Source: an uncultured Gammaproteobacteria bacterium
GTDB taxonomy: Bacteria > Patescibacteriota > Microgenomatia > Levybacterales > UBA12049
DNA length: 64,000 nucleotides
Assembly: GCA_964474445.1 (NCBI GenBank)
Contig: CAYYSJ010000002.1
Coordinates: forward strand, 53,610-117,609
Reading direction: 5' to 3'
Part shown: one piece after another, positions 49,314 to 58,342 of the stretch
Layout of the letters: every line of letters starts with the position of its first letter
Numbering within the stretch: the first letter of the stretch is position 1
Position numbers and translations under genes: made by a program
The notes under the pieces: model-generated
Seen by the model: the letters and a program-made list of their open reading frames with translations, nothing else
Database searches by the model: none
Told to the model about the DNA's origin: nothing

Positions 49314-51674
49314 ATGGAATATTTTGCATCTTTGCACTATTTATATCGACAGTCCTGGGTAAGAATGGTAAGACTTCTTGTTCTGCTTGGGCTTAGTGGA
49401 TTTGTTTTACTTCATATACAAAACTTTGCATCAGTGAAACTTCTTCTTTTTATACTCTCACTATTTTTTATCAATGAAGTCTTCATTTCTTTTTCTCTCT
49501 CGCGAAAAATGCCCCTCTATAAAATTTCAGAAGAAAAAGATACTCTTCACAGTATAACGCTTGAGGCAATGGAAACATTGCTTCCCTCATCCACAAAAGT
49601 ATCTCTTACTAGGCTTTTAAAATACCCTCAAATCGAGTTTTTGTTGGGAAAAGCAATAATACAGAAAGAAGAAATACCCCTTACGGATATTGACAAAAAT
49701 GTACTTCTTGCAGAAGCGCGAAAACATGCAGAAACAGTGAAAGGAGCGTACGTTACAACAATAGATCTTGTTATTGCATATCTGCTTCTCACAGAAGACA
49801 AAACAAAGGTCTTGTTTAACAAGAAGATAAAAAAAGAAGATTTAGAAAATATAGCGTATTGGACGCATCTTCATTTTCCAGAGGAAGAACAAGAGAAGAA
49901 AACTCGAGTCACTTTTTGGGGTGAAGGTATAGGGCAATCCTTTGTATCAGGCTGGACTCTTGAAACAAAGAGGTACACCCAGGACTTTAGTAGTCTGGCA
50001 CTTCATAAGAAGCCTCTGCATGTAGAAAGAGAGAAAGAATATCGATTTCTTACAGAAACGCTTTCAAAAAAGGAGAATAACAATGTTATTTTAACTGGTG
50101 AAGTAGGAGCAGGAAAAGAAAGTTTGGTAGAAGCACTCGCAGTTGATAGCTTTATGGGGAGACTCAATCCTTCTCTGAACTATAAAAGAGTATTAGAGTT
50201 GTTGGTAGGATCACTCCTTGCGGGAGTTATGACCAAAGGAGAATTGCAAGAGCGGCTTGAGGCAATTTTACAGGAAGTATCTCATGCAGGAAATATTATT
50301 TTATATATTCCAGAGTTTCAAAGTGTTTTGGGATCATCATCTTTTGGAGTTGATATTTCAGATGTTTTAATACAATATCTTCGCAATGGCAAAATACCTA
50401 TTATCGGGACAATGACAGCAGCAAATTATAAATCATTCATGGAAAAAAGTACTCTGAGAGAGATGTTTGAGGTTATTACTCTTCCCGAACCCGATAAAAA
50501 ACAAGCAATGCAGATGCTCCTTCAGAAAGTATTTGAAATTGAAGAAAAATATCAGGTACACATTAGCTACCAAGCTGTTGTCACAGCTGTTGATTTGGCG
50601 GGCAAATATGTTGTGGACACAGTATTACCAGGGAATGCCGTTATCCTTTTAGAAGATACGGCGAATGCTATCGTCAATAAGAGAAAGGCAATGGTTGCTT
50701 CAGAGGATGTTATCGAAAAAGTAGAAAGTAAAACCAATATCCATGTGGGTGTACCCAAAAAAGCAGAAAAAGACCTCCTTCTTCATTTGGAAGAAAAAAT
50801 GCATGAGCGGGTTATTGGGCAGGATGGGGCAATTATTGCAGTTGCAGAAGCACTTCGTCGGCTTCGTGCAGGTATCGCGACGACAAACAAGCCTATCTCA
50901 TTTCTTTTCTTAGGTCCGACTGGTGTAGGTAAAACAGAAACTGCAAAAGCATTAGCTGCTTTGTATTTTGGGAAAGAGCAATCAATGCTTCGGTTTGATA
51001 TGAGTGAGTATAGTGATCCAACTGCGGTGATGAAGCTGTTAGGAGCTCCTGGGACAAGTCAGCGAGGAGAACTGACAGAGGCAGTACATGATAATCCTTT
51101 TTCCTTAATTTTACTTGATGAATTTGAAAAGGCAAATGAAGAAGTACTCAATCTTTTCTTGCAGGTTTTAGAGGATGGAAGACTCACAGATGGTCAAGGT
51201 AAGACTGTCTCATTTGCCAGTACGATTATTATTGCAACGTCAAATGCGGCGTCAGAGCTTATTCGTGAGGCTGTTAAGAAAGGAATAACAATCGATCACA
51301 CTTTTCAAAGCAAACTTCTTGAATTTTTACAACAAAAAGCTGTCTTCAAGCCTGAGTTGCTCAATAGATTTGATGCCATTGTCGCTTTTAGAAATTTGGA
51401 AGAGAAAGAAATAGAACAAGTGGTAAATCTGTTGTTAGCAGAGACGGTGAAAAAACTTGCCCAACAAGATATTACTCTTACCTATACGAGTGCAGTAGTA
51501 GATGCAGTGGCTACACAAGGGTATGATCCATCTTTTGGAGCTCGTCCTCTCAGACGATTTATTCAAGATAAAATAGAAGATATGCTTGCGAAAAAAATGC
51601 TCCAAGAATCTCTTTCGCGTGGTGCGAGAGTTACCCTCTCTGTGAATTCTTCAGGATCTATTATTGTAGGTTGA
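49314..51674 (+). CDS. ClpA/B/C-like AAA+ ATPase with N-terminal TM helices
   Basis: D2 GPTGVGKT, LLDEFEKA, GRLTD, GARPLRR; degenerate D1. Confidence 0.88.
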   Translation: MEYFASLHYLYRQSWVRMVRLLVLLGLSGFVLLHIQNFASVKLLLFILSLFFINEVFISFSLSRKMPLYKISEEKDTLHSITLEAMETLLPSSTKVSLTRLLKYPQIEFLLGKAIIQKEEIPLTDIDKNVLLAEARKHAETVKGAYVTTIDLVIAYLLLTEDKTKVLFNKKIKKEDLENIAYWTHLHFPEEEQEKKTRVTFWGEGIGQSFVSGWTLETKRYTQDFSSLALHKKPLHVEREKEYRFLTETLSKKENNNVILTGEVGAGKESLVEALAVDSFMGRLNPSLNYKRVLELLVGSLLAGVMTKGELQERLEAILQEVSHAGNIILYIPEFQSVLGSSSFGVDISDVLIQYLRNGKIPIIGTMTAANYKSFMEKSTLREMFEVITLPEPDKKQAMQMLLQKVFEIEEKYQVHISYQAVVTAVDLAGKYVVDTVLPGNAVILLEDTANAIVNKRKAMVASEDVIEKVESKTNIHVGVPKKAEKDLLLHLEEKMHERVIGQDGAIIAVAEALRRLRAGIATTNKPISFLFLGPTGVGKTETAKALAALYFGKEQSMLRFDMSEYSDPTAVMKLLGAPGTSQRGELTEAVHDNPFSLILLDEFEKANEEVLNLFLQVLEDGRLTDGQGKTVSFASTIIIATSNAASELIREAVKKGITIDHTFQSKLLEFLQQKAVFKPELLNRFDAIVAFRNLEEKEIEQVVNLLLAETVKKLAQQDITLTYTSAVVDAVATQGYDPSFGARPLRRFIQDKIEDMLAKKMLQESLSRGARVTLSVNSSGSIIVG

Positions 51675-51744
51675 TAGATAATGCTGAATCTGGTATACTG
51701 AACTGAGAAATTTAGGAATACAAAAGATCTTAAATCTTACTATT

Positions 51745-52755
51745 ATGCCAGCAGTACAACGAAGTGAATTCTATTTAGCACTTAACCAAGTCGCTACTGA
51801 GCGAGGGGTAAGTATTGACGTTATTCTTGAGACAGTTGAAGGAGCAATCCTTGCAGCATACAGAAAAGATCATCCTGGAATTGAAGCAGAAGAATATTCA
51901 GTCAAGCTTAATCCAAGCAGTGGAGAAGCACATGTCTATCACAATGGCAGTGATGTCACCCCTCCAGGTTTTGGTCGAATTGCAGCCCAGACAGCAAAAC
52001 AAGTTATTCTCCAAAAAGTGCGAGAAAAAGAGAAAGAAGCAATTTTAACAGACTTTTCAACCAAAATTGGTACTATTATGAATGGAACAGTTCTTAGATT
52101 TGCTGGACCTAATGTTATTGTTGACTTAGGTAAGACTGAAGCAATTATGCCTCCTCAAGAACAAATTTCTGCTGAAAGATATCACCAAAACCAAAGACTT
52201 TCTGTCTACATTGTTGAAATTCGAGAAGGTGTTCGAGGTCAAGAACTCGTTGTTTCACGATCTCATACTGGTCTTTTGGAAGGACTTTTCAAACGTGAAG
52301 TTCCTGAAATAGCGCAAGGAACAGTTGTTATTAAGGGAATTGCTCGAGAAGCAGGAAGTCGATCAAAAGTTGCCGTTGCATCCACACAAGCAGGTATTGA
52401 TCCAGTTGGAAGTTGTGTTGGACAGAAAGGTGTCAGAGTTCAGGCAATCATTCAGGAGTTTGGCGGTCTTGAGAAAATTGATATTATTCAATGGCAAGAA
52501 GATACTAAGGCATTTATCGCAGCTGCATTGTCTCCAGCAAAAGATTTAACAATTACCCTTGATTCTGATAATAGAACAGCATTTGTGGTTGCTCCAAAAG
52601 ACCAATTGTCAATTGCCATTGGAAAAGAGGGACAAAATGCACGTCTTGCATCAAAATTAACGGGTTGGAGAATTGAAATACGAGAAAATGAAAGTATAGG
52701 AGAAGAAGCAAAGGAAGAACATACAGAAGAAGTTGAAGAAGCAACGGTTGCATAA
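51745..52755 (+). CDS. nusA: Transcription termination/antitermination factor NusA
   Basis: FGRIAAQTAKQVI, S1 and two KH domains, AIGKEGQNARLA. Confidence 0.96.
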   Translation: MPAVQRSEFYLALNQVATERGVSIDVILETVEGAILAAYRKDHPGIEAEEYSVKLNPSSGEAHVYHNGSDVTPPGFGRIAAQTAKQVILQKVREKEKEAILTDFSTKIGTIMNGTVLRFAGPNVIVDLGKTEAIMPPQEQISAERYHQNQRLSVYIVEIREGVRGQELVVSRSHTGLLEGLFKREVPEIAQGTVVIKGIAREAGSRSKVAVASTQAGIDPVGSCVGQKGVRVQAIIQEFGGLEKIDIIQWQEDTKAFIAAALSPAKDLTITLDSDNRTAFVVAPKDQLSIAIGKEGQNARLASKLTGWRIEIRENESIGEEAKEEHTEEVEEATVA

Positions 52756-52850
52756 ATATGAGAAGTCTTAGTCTATTCACATTAGTCTTCTAATAATTCT
52801 TCTGTCGAAAAGGTACTAAAGTGACGTAAGTCACGTGTTTTCAAAAAATT

Positions 52851-54302
52851 ATGACAAATTTCCCACCAGTTGTATCAGTATTAGGCCATGTAGATCATGG
52901 GAAAACTACTCTTTTGGATGCTATCAGAAAAAGTAATATCGCCAATCGTGAACATGGGGGTATTACACAAAAAATTGGTGCATCCACTGTTGAAATAGTT
53001 CACGATGGAGAGAAAAGACTCATTACTTTTATTGATACTCCTGGTCATGAAGCATTTTCCTCAATGCGTAGTCGGGGTGCTCGAGTTGCAGATATTGGTA
53101 TTTTAGTTATTGCTGCTAATGACGGTGTGATGCCTCAAACAAAAGAGTCTATACAGCTTCTTAAAAATGCCCAAATTCCTTTTATTGTTGCCTTTACGAA
53201 GTCAGATCTACCAGAAGCTCAAGTCGAAAAAGTAAAACAACAGCTTTTAAAAGAGGATATTATCGTGGATAGTATGGGAGGGGAAGTCCCGTCTCTTGAA
53301 GTTTCTGCAAAGTCTGGTCACAATATAAAAGAACTCCTTGACCTTATTCTCTTAGTGTTTGAAATGAATTATACACTGGAACGTGAAACAGGAAATGTAG
53401 CCTCCAACAAGCCACTAGAAGCTGTCGTTATTGAATCCCGCCTTGATCCAAAGTCAGGAGCGAGAGCAACAATAGTGATAAAAAATGGCACCCTTTCAGT
53501 AAAAGATATGGTGGTTGCGAAGTCGACGACAACGTCAGGGCAAGCAACGGGTAAAGTGAGATCTCTTGTGACCGATACAGGTGCGATGGTGCAGTCAGCA
53601 ACTATTGGAGATGCAGTTGAAGTGTTGGGTTTTGAGGAAGTACCACCTGTTGGAAGTATTGTTAGAAAACAAGGAGAAGCAGCGGTTGGGTTGGTTGAGG
53701 CTCCTCATGTTACAAAAGCGAAAAAAGCAGAAGAAGAAAGTTTGTTGTCTCTTATTCTTGTTGCTGACACTCAAGGATCTCTCGAGGCTATTTTATATTC
53801 ACTTCCTGAAGGAGTAAATGTTATCTTGTCAAAGACAGGAGATGTGTCTGAAGCGGACGTCCTTATGGCTAAATCGGTAGGAGCGATTATCCTCACATTC
53901 AACCTCAAGCTCAAACCGGATCTTCAAAAATTTGCGTTGACTGAAAAAGTCTTACTCAAAAATTACACTATTATTTATGAATTACTGGATGAATTGCGAG
54001 ATGTTATGGAAGGGAAAGCATTAGCAGGTATGGAGCAGCTCTACGGTGCTGCACGTATTTTAGCCACATTTCCTTTTGAAAAGACTCAGGTTTTGGGAGT
54101 CAAAGTCCTTGAAGGAAGAATTGCAAAAGGTGATAAGATTCGTATCATGAGAGATGATATAGTAATTGGTGAAAGTAGTATTGTTTCTCTAAGACAAGGC
54201 AAAAACCCAACCTCAAAAGTGGAGAAAAATCAAGAAGCGGGTATTCTCATTTCTCCTTTTCTTGACTTTTCTGTAGGAGATGTGATACTATCTCATAGTT
54301 AG
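52851..54302 (+). CDS. infB: Translation initiation factor IF-2 (minimal, no N-terminal domain)
   Basis: PPVV..LGHVDHGKTTLLD, GGITQ, DTPGHEAF. Confidence 0.95.
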   Translation: MTNFPPVVSVLGHVDHGKTTLLDAIRKSNIANREHGGITQKIGASTVEIVHDGEKRLITFIDTPGHEAFSSMRSRGARVADIGILVIAANDGVMPQTKESIQLLKNAQIPFIVAFTKSDLPEAQVEKVKQQLLKEDIIVDSMGGEVPSLEVSAKSGHNIKELLDLILLVFEMNYTLERETGNVASNKPLEAVVIESRLDPKSGARATIVIKNGTLSVKDMVVAKSTTTSGQATGKVRSLVTDTGAMVQSATIGDAVEVLGFEEVPPVGSIVRKQGEAAVGLVEAPHVTKAKKAEEESLLSLILVADTQGSLEAILYSLPEGVNVILSKTGDVSEADVLMAKSVGAIILTFNLKLKPDLQKFALTEKVLLKNYTIIYELLDELRDVMEGKALAGMEQLYGAARILATFPFEKTQVLGVKVLEGRIAKGDKIRIMRDDIVIGESSIVSLRQGKNPTSKVEKNQEAGILISPFLDFSVGDVILSHS

Positions 54303-54304
54303 TT

Positions 54305-55372
54305 ATGGATAATAACATGTTCCAGCGTCTTAAAGACCTGGTAACTCAACATCAGTCAATAGGTATCATTGTCCCTCCAAACCCAACCCATGATGAAATG
54401 GCCGCAGGTCTCGGTATGTATTTAGCGCTCAAACAAATGGATAAAAATGTGAGCGTTGCATGCCCAACAGATCCAACCGTTGCTATTTCATCCCTTGTTG
54501 GTATCGATAAGGTACAAAGAGCCTTATCAGGTGCAGGAGGAGATTTGGTTGTCACATTTCCTTATCGAGAAGGAGAAATTGAAAAAGTTTCTTATACTGT
54601 TGACAATGGACAGCTCAATATTGTTGTAAAAGCTGGTCAAAATGGCCTATCTTTCAGTCAGTCAGATGTCCAATTTCGACAAGGTGGAGCAATTCCTACA
54701 CTCATTTTTATGATGGGAATTACTGATCTGAATCAAATAGCAGGTGTTGTAAATCCAGCAGAAATGAGTGGAACAACAGTGGTAAATATAGATAACAAGC
54801 CAAGTAATACTGGATTTGGAGATGTCGTTCATGTTTCTCCAAGGTTCAGTTCCATTTCAGAAATGGTTGCAGATTTCTTGACCCTTCTTGAGCCACAAAT
54901 TGAATTAGATGTTGATACTTCCCAAAATCTTCTTTCTGGTATCCTATCTTCTACTGCTGATTTTCAAAATGGTAAAGGGAGTTATTTAGCGTTTGAAATG
55001 GCAGGTATCTTGATGAAAAAGGGTGCAGTTAGATCAGTGAATGGTAATTTTGCAAGTCCAACAACAACACAAATGCCAACAAATAACTATTTCCCACAAC
55101 AGCAGCCAGCGCCTGTTCAACCAGCTGTTCAACAATCAGTACAGCAACCCGTTCAGCAACCTCAACCGATGGCAATGCCTCAACAACCTGTGGCGCCAAT
55201 ACAACAGGCAACTGAGCCAATGCAACCTTTTGGTACAGTTCAGGGTGCTCAACCAGTTCAAAATGCACAACCTCAACAGCCAACTCAACCATTCGATCAA
55301 TCCCAGAATCAACAACAGCCTCCAGCTGATTGGTTAACTCCAAAAGTATATAAAGGAAGCACAGTAATCTAA
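54305..55372 (+). CDS. Degenerate DHH/NrnA-like protein with Q/P-rich tail
   Basis: DHH-family layout with altered motifs (PTHD, IDNK); position after infB. Confidence 0.65.
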   Translation: MDNNMFQRLKDLVTQHQSIGIIVPPNPTHDEMAAGLGMYLALKQMDKNVSVACPTDPTVAISSLVGIDKVQRALSGAGGDLVVTFPYREGEIEKVSYTVDNGQLNIVVKAGQNGLSFSQSDVQFRQGGAIPTLIFMMGITDLNQIAGVVNPAEMSGTTVVNIDNKPSNTGFGDVVHVSPRFSSISEMVADFLTLLEPQIELDVDTSQNLLSGILSSTADFQNGKGSYLAFEMAGILMKKGAVRSVNGNFASPTTTQMPTNNYFPQQQPAPVQPAVQQSVQQPVQQPQPMAMPQQPVAPIQQATEPMQPFGTVQGAQPVQNAQPQQPTQPFDQSQNQQQPPADWLTPKVYKGSTVI

Positions 55373-55539
55373 ACTTCTCATCACCCTCATTTCTAACAGA
55401 GTCCCTATTTTGTTGTAACAATTTGTACCTAGCTCATTTTTGAGGTTTATCAAAAGAAATGAGATCAATAGATGCTATGAAACAGATAAAGTTCTAGGAT
55501 TGCGGATAGGAAGAAAACCTGCTATAATACATACACTTT

Positions 55540-55809
55540 ATGGTTCTCAATACAGTTCAAAAGCAAGATATTATTAAGCAATTCCGAACTCAAGACGGAG
55601 ATACAGGGAGTCCTGAGGTACAAATTGCACTCTTAACTCACAGAATTAAAGCTCTTATCGCACATTTACAAGGTCATGCACATGATAATCACAGTAGACG
55701 TGGTCTTTTGTCCATGATTGCAAAAAGAAGAAGACTTCTCAATTTCTTGGAGAAAGTTGATAAAGTACGTGCAAAAGATATTATTGAAAAGCTTGGTCTT
55801 CGAAGTTAA
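55540..55809 (+). CDS. rpsO: 30S ribosomal protein S15
   Basis: DTGSPEVQIALLT, HDNHSRRGLL. Confidence 0.97.
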   Translation: MVLNTVQKQDIIKQFRTQDGDTGSPEVQIALLTHRIKALIAHLQGHAHDNHSRRGLLSMIAKRRRLLNFLEKVDKVRAKDIIEKLGLRS

Positions 55810-55906
55810 CATCGAATTTGCTTCTGTGTTGATAGTAGAAAAAAAAGAAAAAGTATTTTATAATTAAAAAGTTTTATAAAGAATAAAAGAACGAAAGATA
55901 TATATA

Positions 55907-58207
55907 ATGAAAGTTACCTCAAAATCAATTGAATTCGCCGGAAAAACACTCACATTTGAAACCGGAAAATGGGCACAACAGGCAACAGCAGCTGTGAGAG
56001 CACAGCTTGGTGACACTGTTGTGTTAGCAACTGTTGTTGAAGGAAAAGATAGAGAAGATTTAGGCTATTTCCCTCTTTCTATTGAATACGTAGAACGTCT
56101 TTATGCTGGTGGAAAAATTAAAGGAAGTCGTTGGGTAAAAAGAGAAGGACGACCCTCAGATGGAGCAGTATTATCTGGAAGATTGATTGATAGATCTATT
56201 CGACCACTATTCCCTAAAGAATTCAAAAAAGAAGTTCAGGTTGTTGTGACTGTCTTGTCCGTTGATGGAGAAAATGAACCAGATATTTTAGGACTCAATG
56301 CAGTCTCTGCAGCACTTGCCATGTCTCGGATTCCTTGGAAAGGCCCAGTTGGTGCTGTAAGAATGGGATATGTTCAAGCAGGTGACTCAGAAGATGCAGG
56401 GTTTTTGGTAAATCCTGGTGGAGCAGAACTCGATCTTTCAGAGTTAGACTTAGTTGTTTCACAGACACGAGAAAAGACGCTCATGATTGAAGCAGGAGCC
56501 TTACAGGTTCCAGAAGATGTCATGCTTGAAGCAGTAAAAAGAAGTCACAGTGAAACTACAAAGCTTCTTAACTTTATTGAGGAATTTGCAAAAGAAGCAG
56601 CTACGGGGACAAAACCAGTTATTGAAAAAGATCCAGCATTTGTCGAGTTGTGCCATCGCATCGATGAAAAATACAAATCAGACGTTCAAAACCTGATTAA
56701 ACAACAAGCTGCAAAAGAAGGTGGTCCGTCAACAGAAAGAGATGCCTTGATTGATAGGATTTTTGCAGATGAACAAGCAGCAAATCCTGAAGCTCCAACT
56801 GATAAAAAGACAATCAGTAAAGCAGTTGAATATGTCTTTTTCCAAACCATTCGAAGTAATGTATTGGACAAAGATGAGCGTGCAGATGGGAGAAAGTTAG
56901 ATGAAATTCGTCCACTTAGTGTTGAAGTTGGAGTCCTTCCAAGAACCCACGGTTCTGCAGTATTCCAAAGAGGCCAGACACAAGTTCTTACAGTTGCAAC
57001 TCTTGGCTCTGCTCGAATGGAACAGCTTATTGAGTCAGCAGAAGGAGAAGAGCGAAAAAGATATATTCATCATTACTCATTTCCTCCTTACTCTGTGGGA
57101 GAAGCAGGAAAAATTGGAATGCTTTCACGACGAGAAATTGGTCATGGGGCACTTGCAGAACGTGCACTCTTGGCAGTTATCCCATCTGCAGATGTTTTTC
57201 CCTATACGATGAGATTAGTCTCTGAAACACTTTCATCGAATGGATCTACATCAATGGCATCTACCTGTGGTTCAACGCTTGCTCTTATGGATGCTGGAGT
57301 ACCAATTCTAAAGCCCGTTGCTGGTATATCAGTTGGAAAGATGTCTTATGTTGATGAGAAAGGCAAAGTTACAAAATACAAACTGCTCACTGATATTATC
57401 GGACTTGAGGATTTTTCAGGAGATATGGATTTTAAAGTCGCTGGGACAACTGATGGAATCACTGCAATTCAGCTTGATGTGAAAGATGCAGGGCTAACCG
57501 TTGAACAAATTGAAGAAGTATTCCAAAGAGCAAGAGAAGCAAGACTGAAGATTTTGGATGTCATGCTTACAGCAATTACAGAGCCTCGTTCTACAGTAAG
57601 TGAGTACGCACCTAAAGTAGCAGTTGTTCATATCCCAGTTGAGAAGATTGGTGAACTCATTGGACCTGGAGGCAGAGTTATTAAAAATATCATTGCAACA
57701 ACAGGTGCAGATGTTGAGGTGCAAGATGATGGCACAGTGAGTATCTCAGCAGTGTCTGAGGATCAGTTACAAGCAGCTGTCTCATGGGTACAGGGGCTAA
57801 CACGAGAAGTCAAAGTTGGAGAGGTATTTGAGGATGCAGAAGTAAAAAGAATTTTACCATTTGGTGCATTTGTAGAATTTTTACCAGGGAAAGAAGGAAT
57901 GGTTCACGTTTCAAAGATGGCAGATCATTTTGTTCAAAATCCTGCAGAAGTTGTGAATATTGGAGATCGGGTTAAAATATGGGTTCAAGAAATTGATGAT
58001 CAGGGAAGAATTAATCTTTCAATGATTGATCCATCACAGCTTCCAGCACGTCAACCACGAGAAGATAGAGGTCCACGTGAACATCGAGAGTTTCGAGGGA
58101 ATGACCGAGGTGTAGAGAGACCAAAACATCCATTAGCAATGCAATTTGAACGAGAAAAACGACAACAAAAAAGACAATATGGTCCAAAGCGAAACTTCGA
58201 TAGGTAA
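55907..58207 (+). CDS. pnp: Polyribonucleotide nucleotidyltransferase
   Basis: RLIDRSIRPLF, RREIGHG, GDMDFKVAG, KH and S1 domains. Confidence 0.97.
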   Translation: MKVTSKSIEFAGKTLTFETGKWAQQATAAVRAQLGDTVVLATVVEGKDREDLGYFPLSIEYVERLYAGGKIKGSRWVKREGRPSDGAVLSGRLIDRSIRPLFPKEFKKEVQVVVTVLSVDGENEPDILGLNAVSAALAMSRIPWKGPVGAVRMGYVQAGDSEDAGFLVNPGGAELDLSELDLVVSQTREKTLMIEAGALQVPEDVMLEAVKRSHSETTKLLNFIEEFAKEAATGTKPVIEKDPAFVELCHRIDEKYKSDVQNLIKQQAAKEGGPSTERDALIDRIFADEQAANPEAPTDKKTISKAVEYVFFQTIRSNVLDKDERADGRKLDEIRPLSVEVGVLPRTHGSAVFQRGQTQVLTVATLGSARMEQLIESAEGEERKRYIHHYSFPPYSVGEAGKIGMLSRREIGHGALAERALLAVIPSADVFPYTMRLVSETLSSNGSTSMASTCGSTLALMDAGVPILKPVAGISVGKMSYVDEKGKVTKYKLLTDIIGLEDFSGDMDFKVAGTTDGITAIQLDVKDAGLTVEQIEEVFQRAREARLKILDVMLTAITEPRSTVSEYAPKVAVVHIPVEKIGELIGPGGRVIKNIIATTGADVEVQDDGTVSISAVSEDQLQAAVSWVQGLTREVKVGEVFEDAEVKRILPFGAFVEFLPGKEGMVHVSKMADHFVQNPAEVVNIGDRVKIWVQEIDDQGRINLSMIDPSQLPARQPREDRGPREHREFRGNDRGVERPKHPLAMQFEREKRQQKRQYGPKRNFDR

Positions 58208-58210
58208 CCG

Positions 58211-58326
58211 CAATTTTCAATTTTTAGTTCTCAATTTCCATTTGATGTTCATTGCTTCAGTTTCAAAGAGTTCGATTGATGTCCTGTGAGATTTGATTAA
58301 AAATGGTAAATTGAAGATTGGAAATT
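58211..58326. repeat. Inverted heptamer arrays ((CAATTTT)n ... (AAATTGA)n)
   Basis: caatttt-caatttt-tagttct-caatttc ... aaatggt-aaattga-agattgg-aaatt. Confidence 0.6.
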
Positions 58327-58342
58327 TATGTATAATAAAGAT

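Noticed and set aside
55080-55325. Repetitive CAACAGCC/CCAGTTCA sequence as a possible CRISPR or tandem repeat
   Set aside because: Explained by Gln/Pro-rich coding sequence; no constant repeat-spacer period
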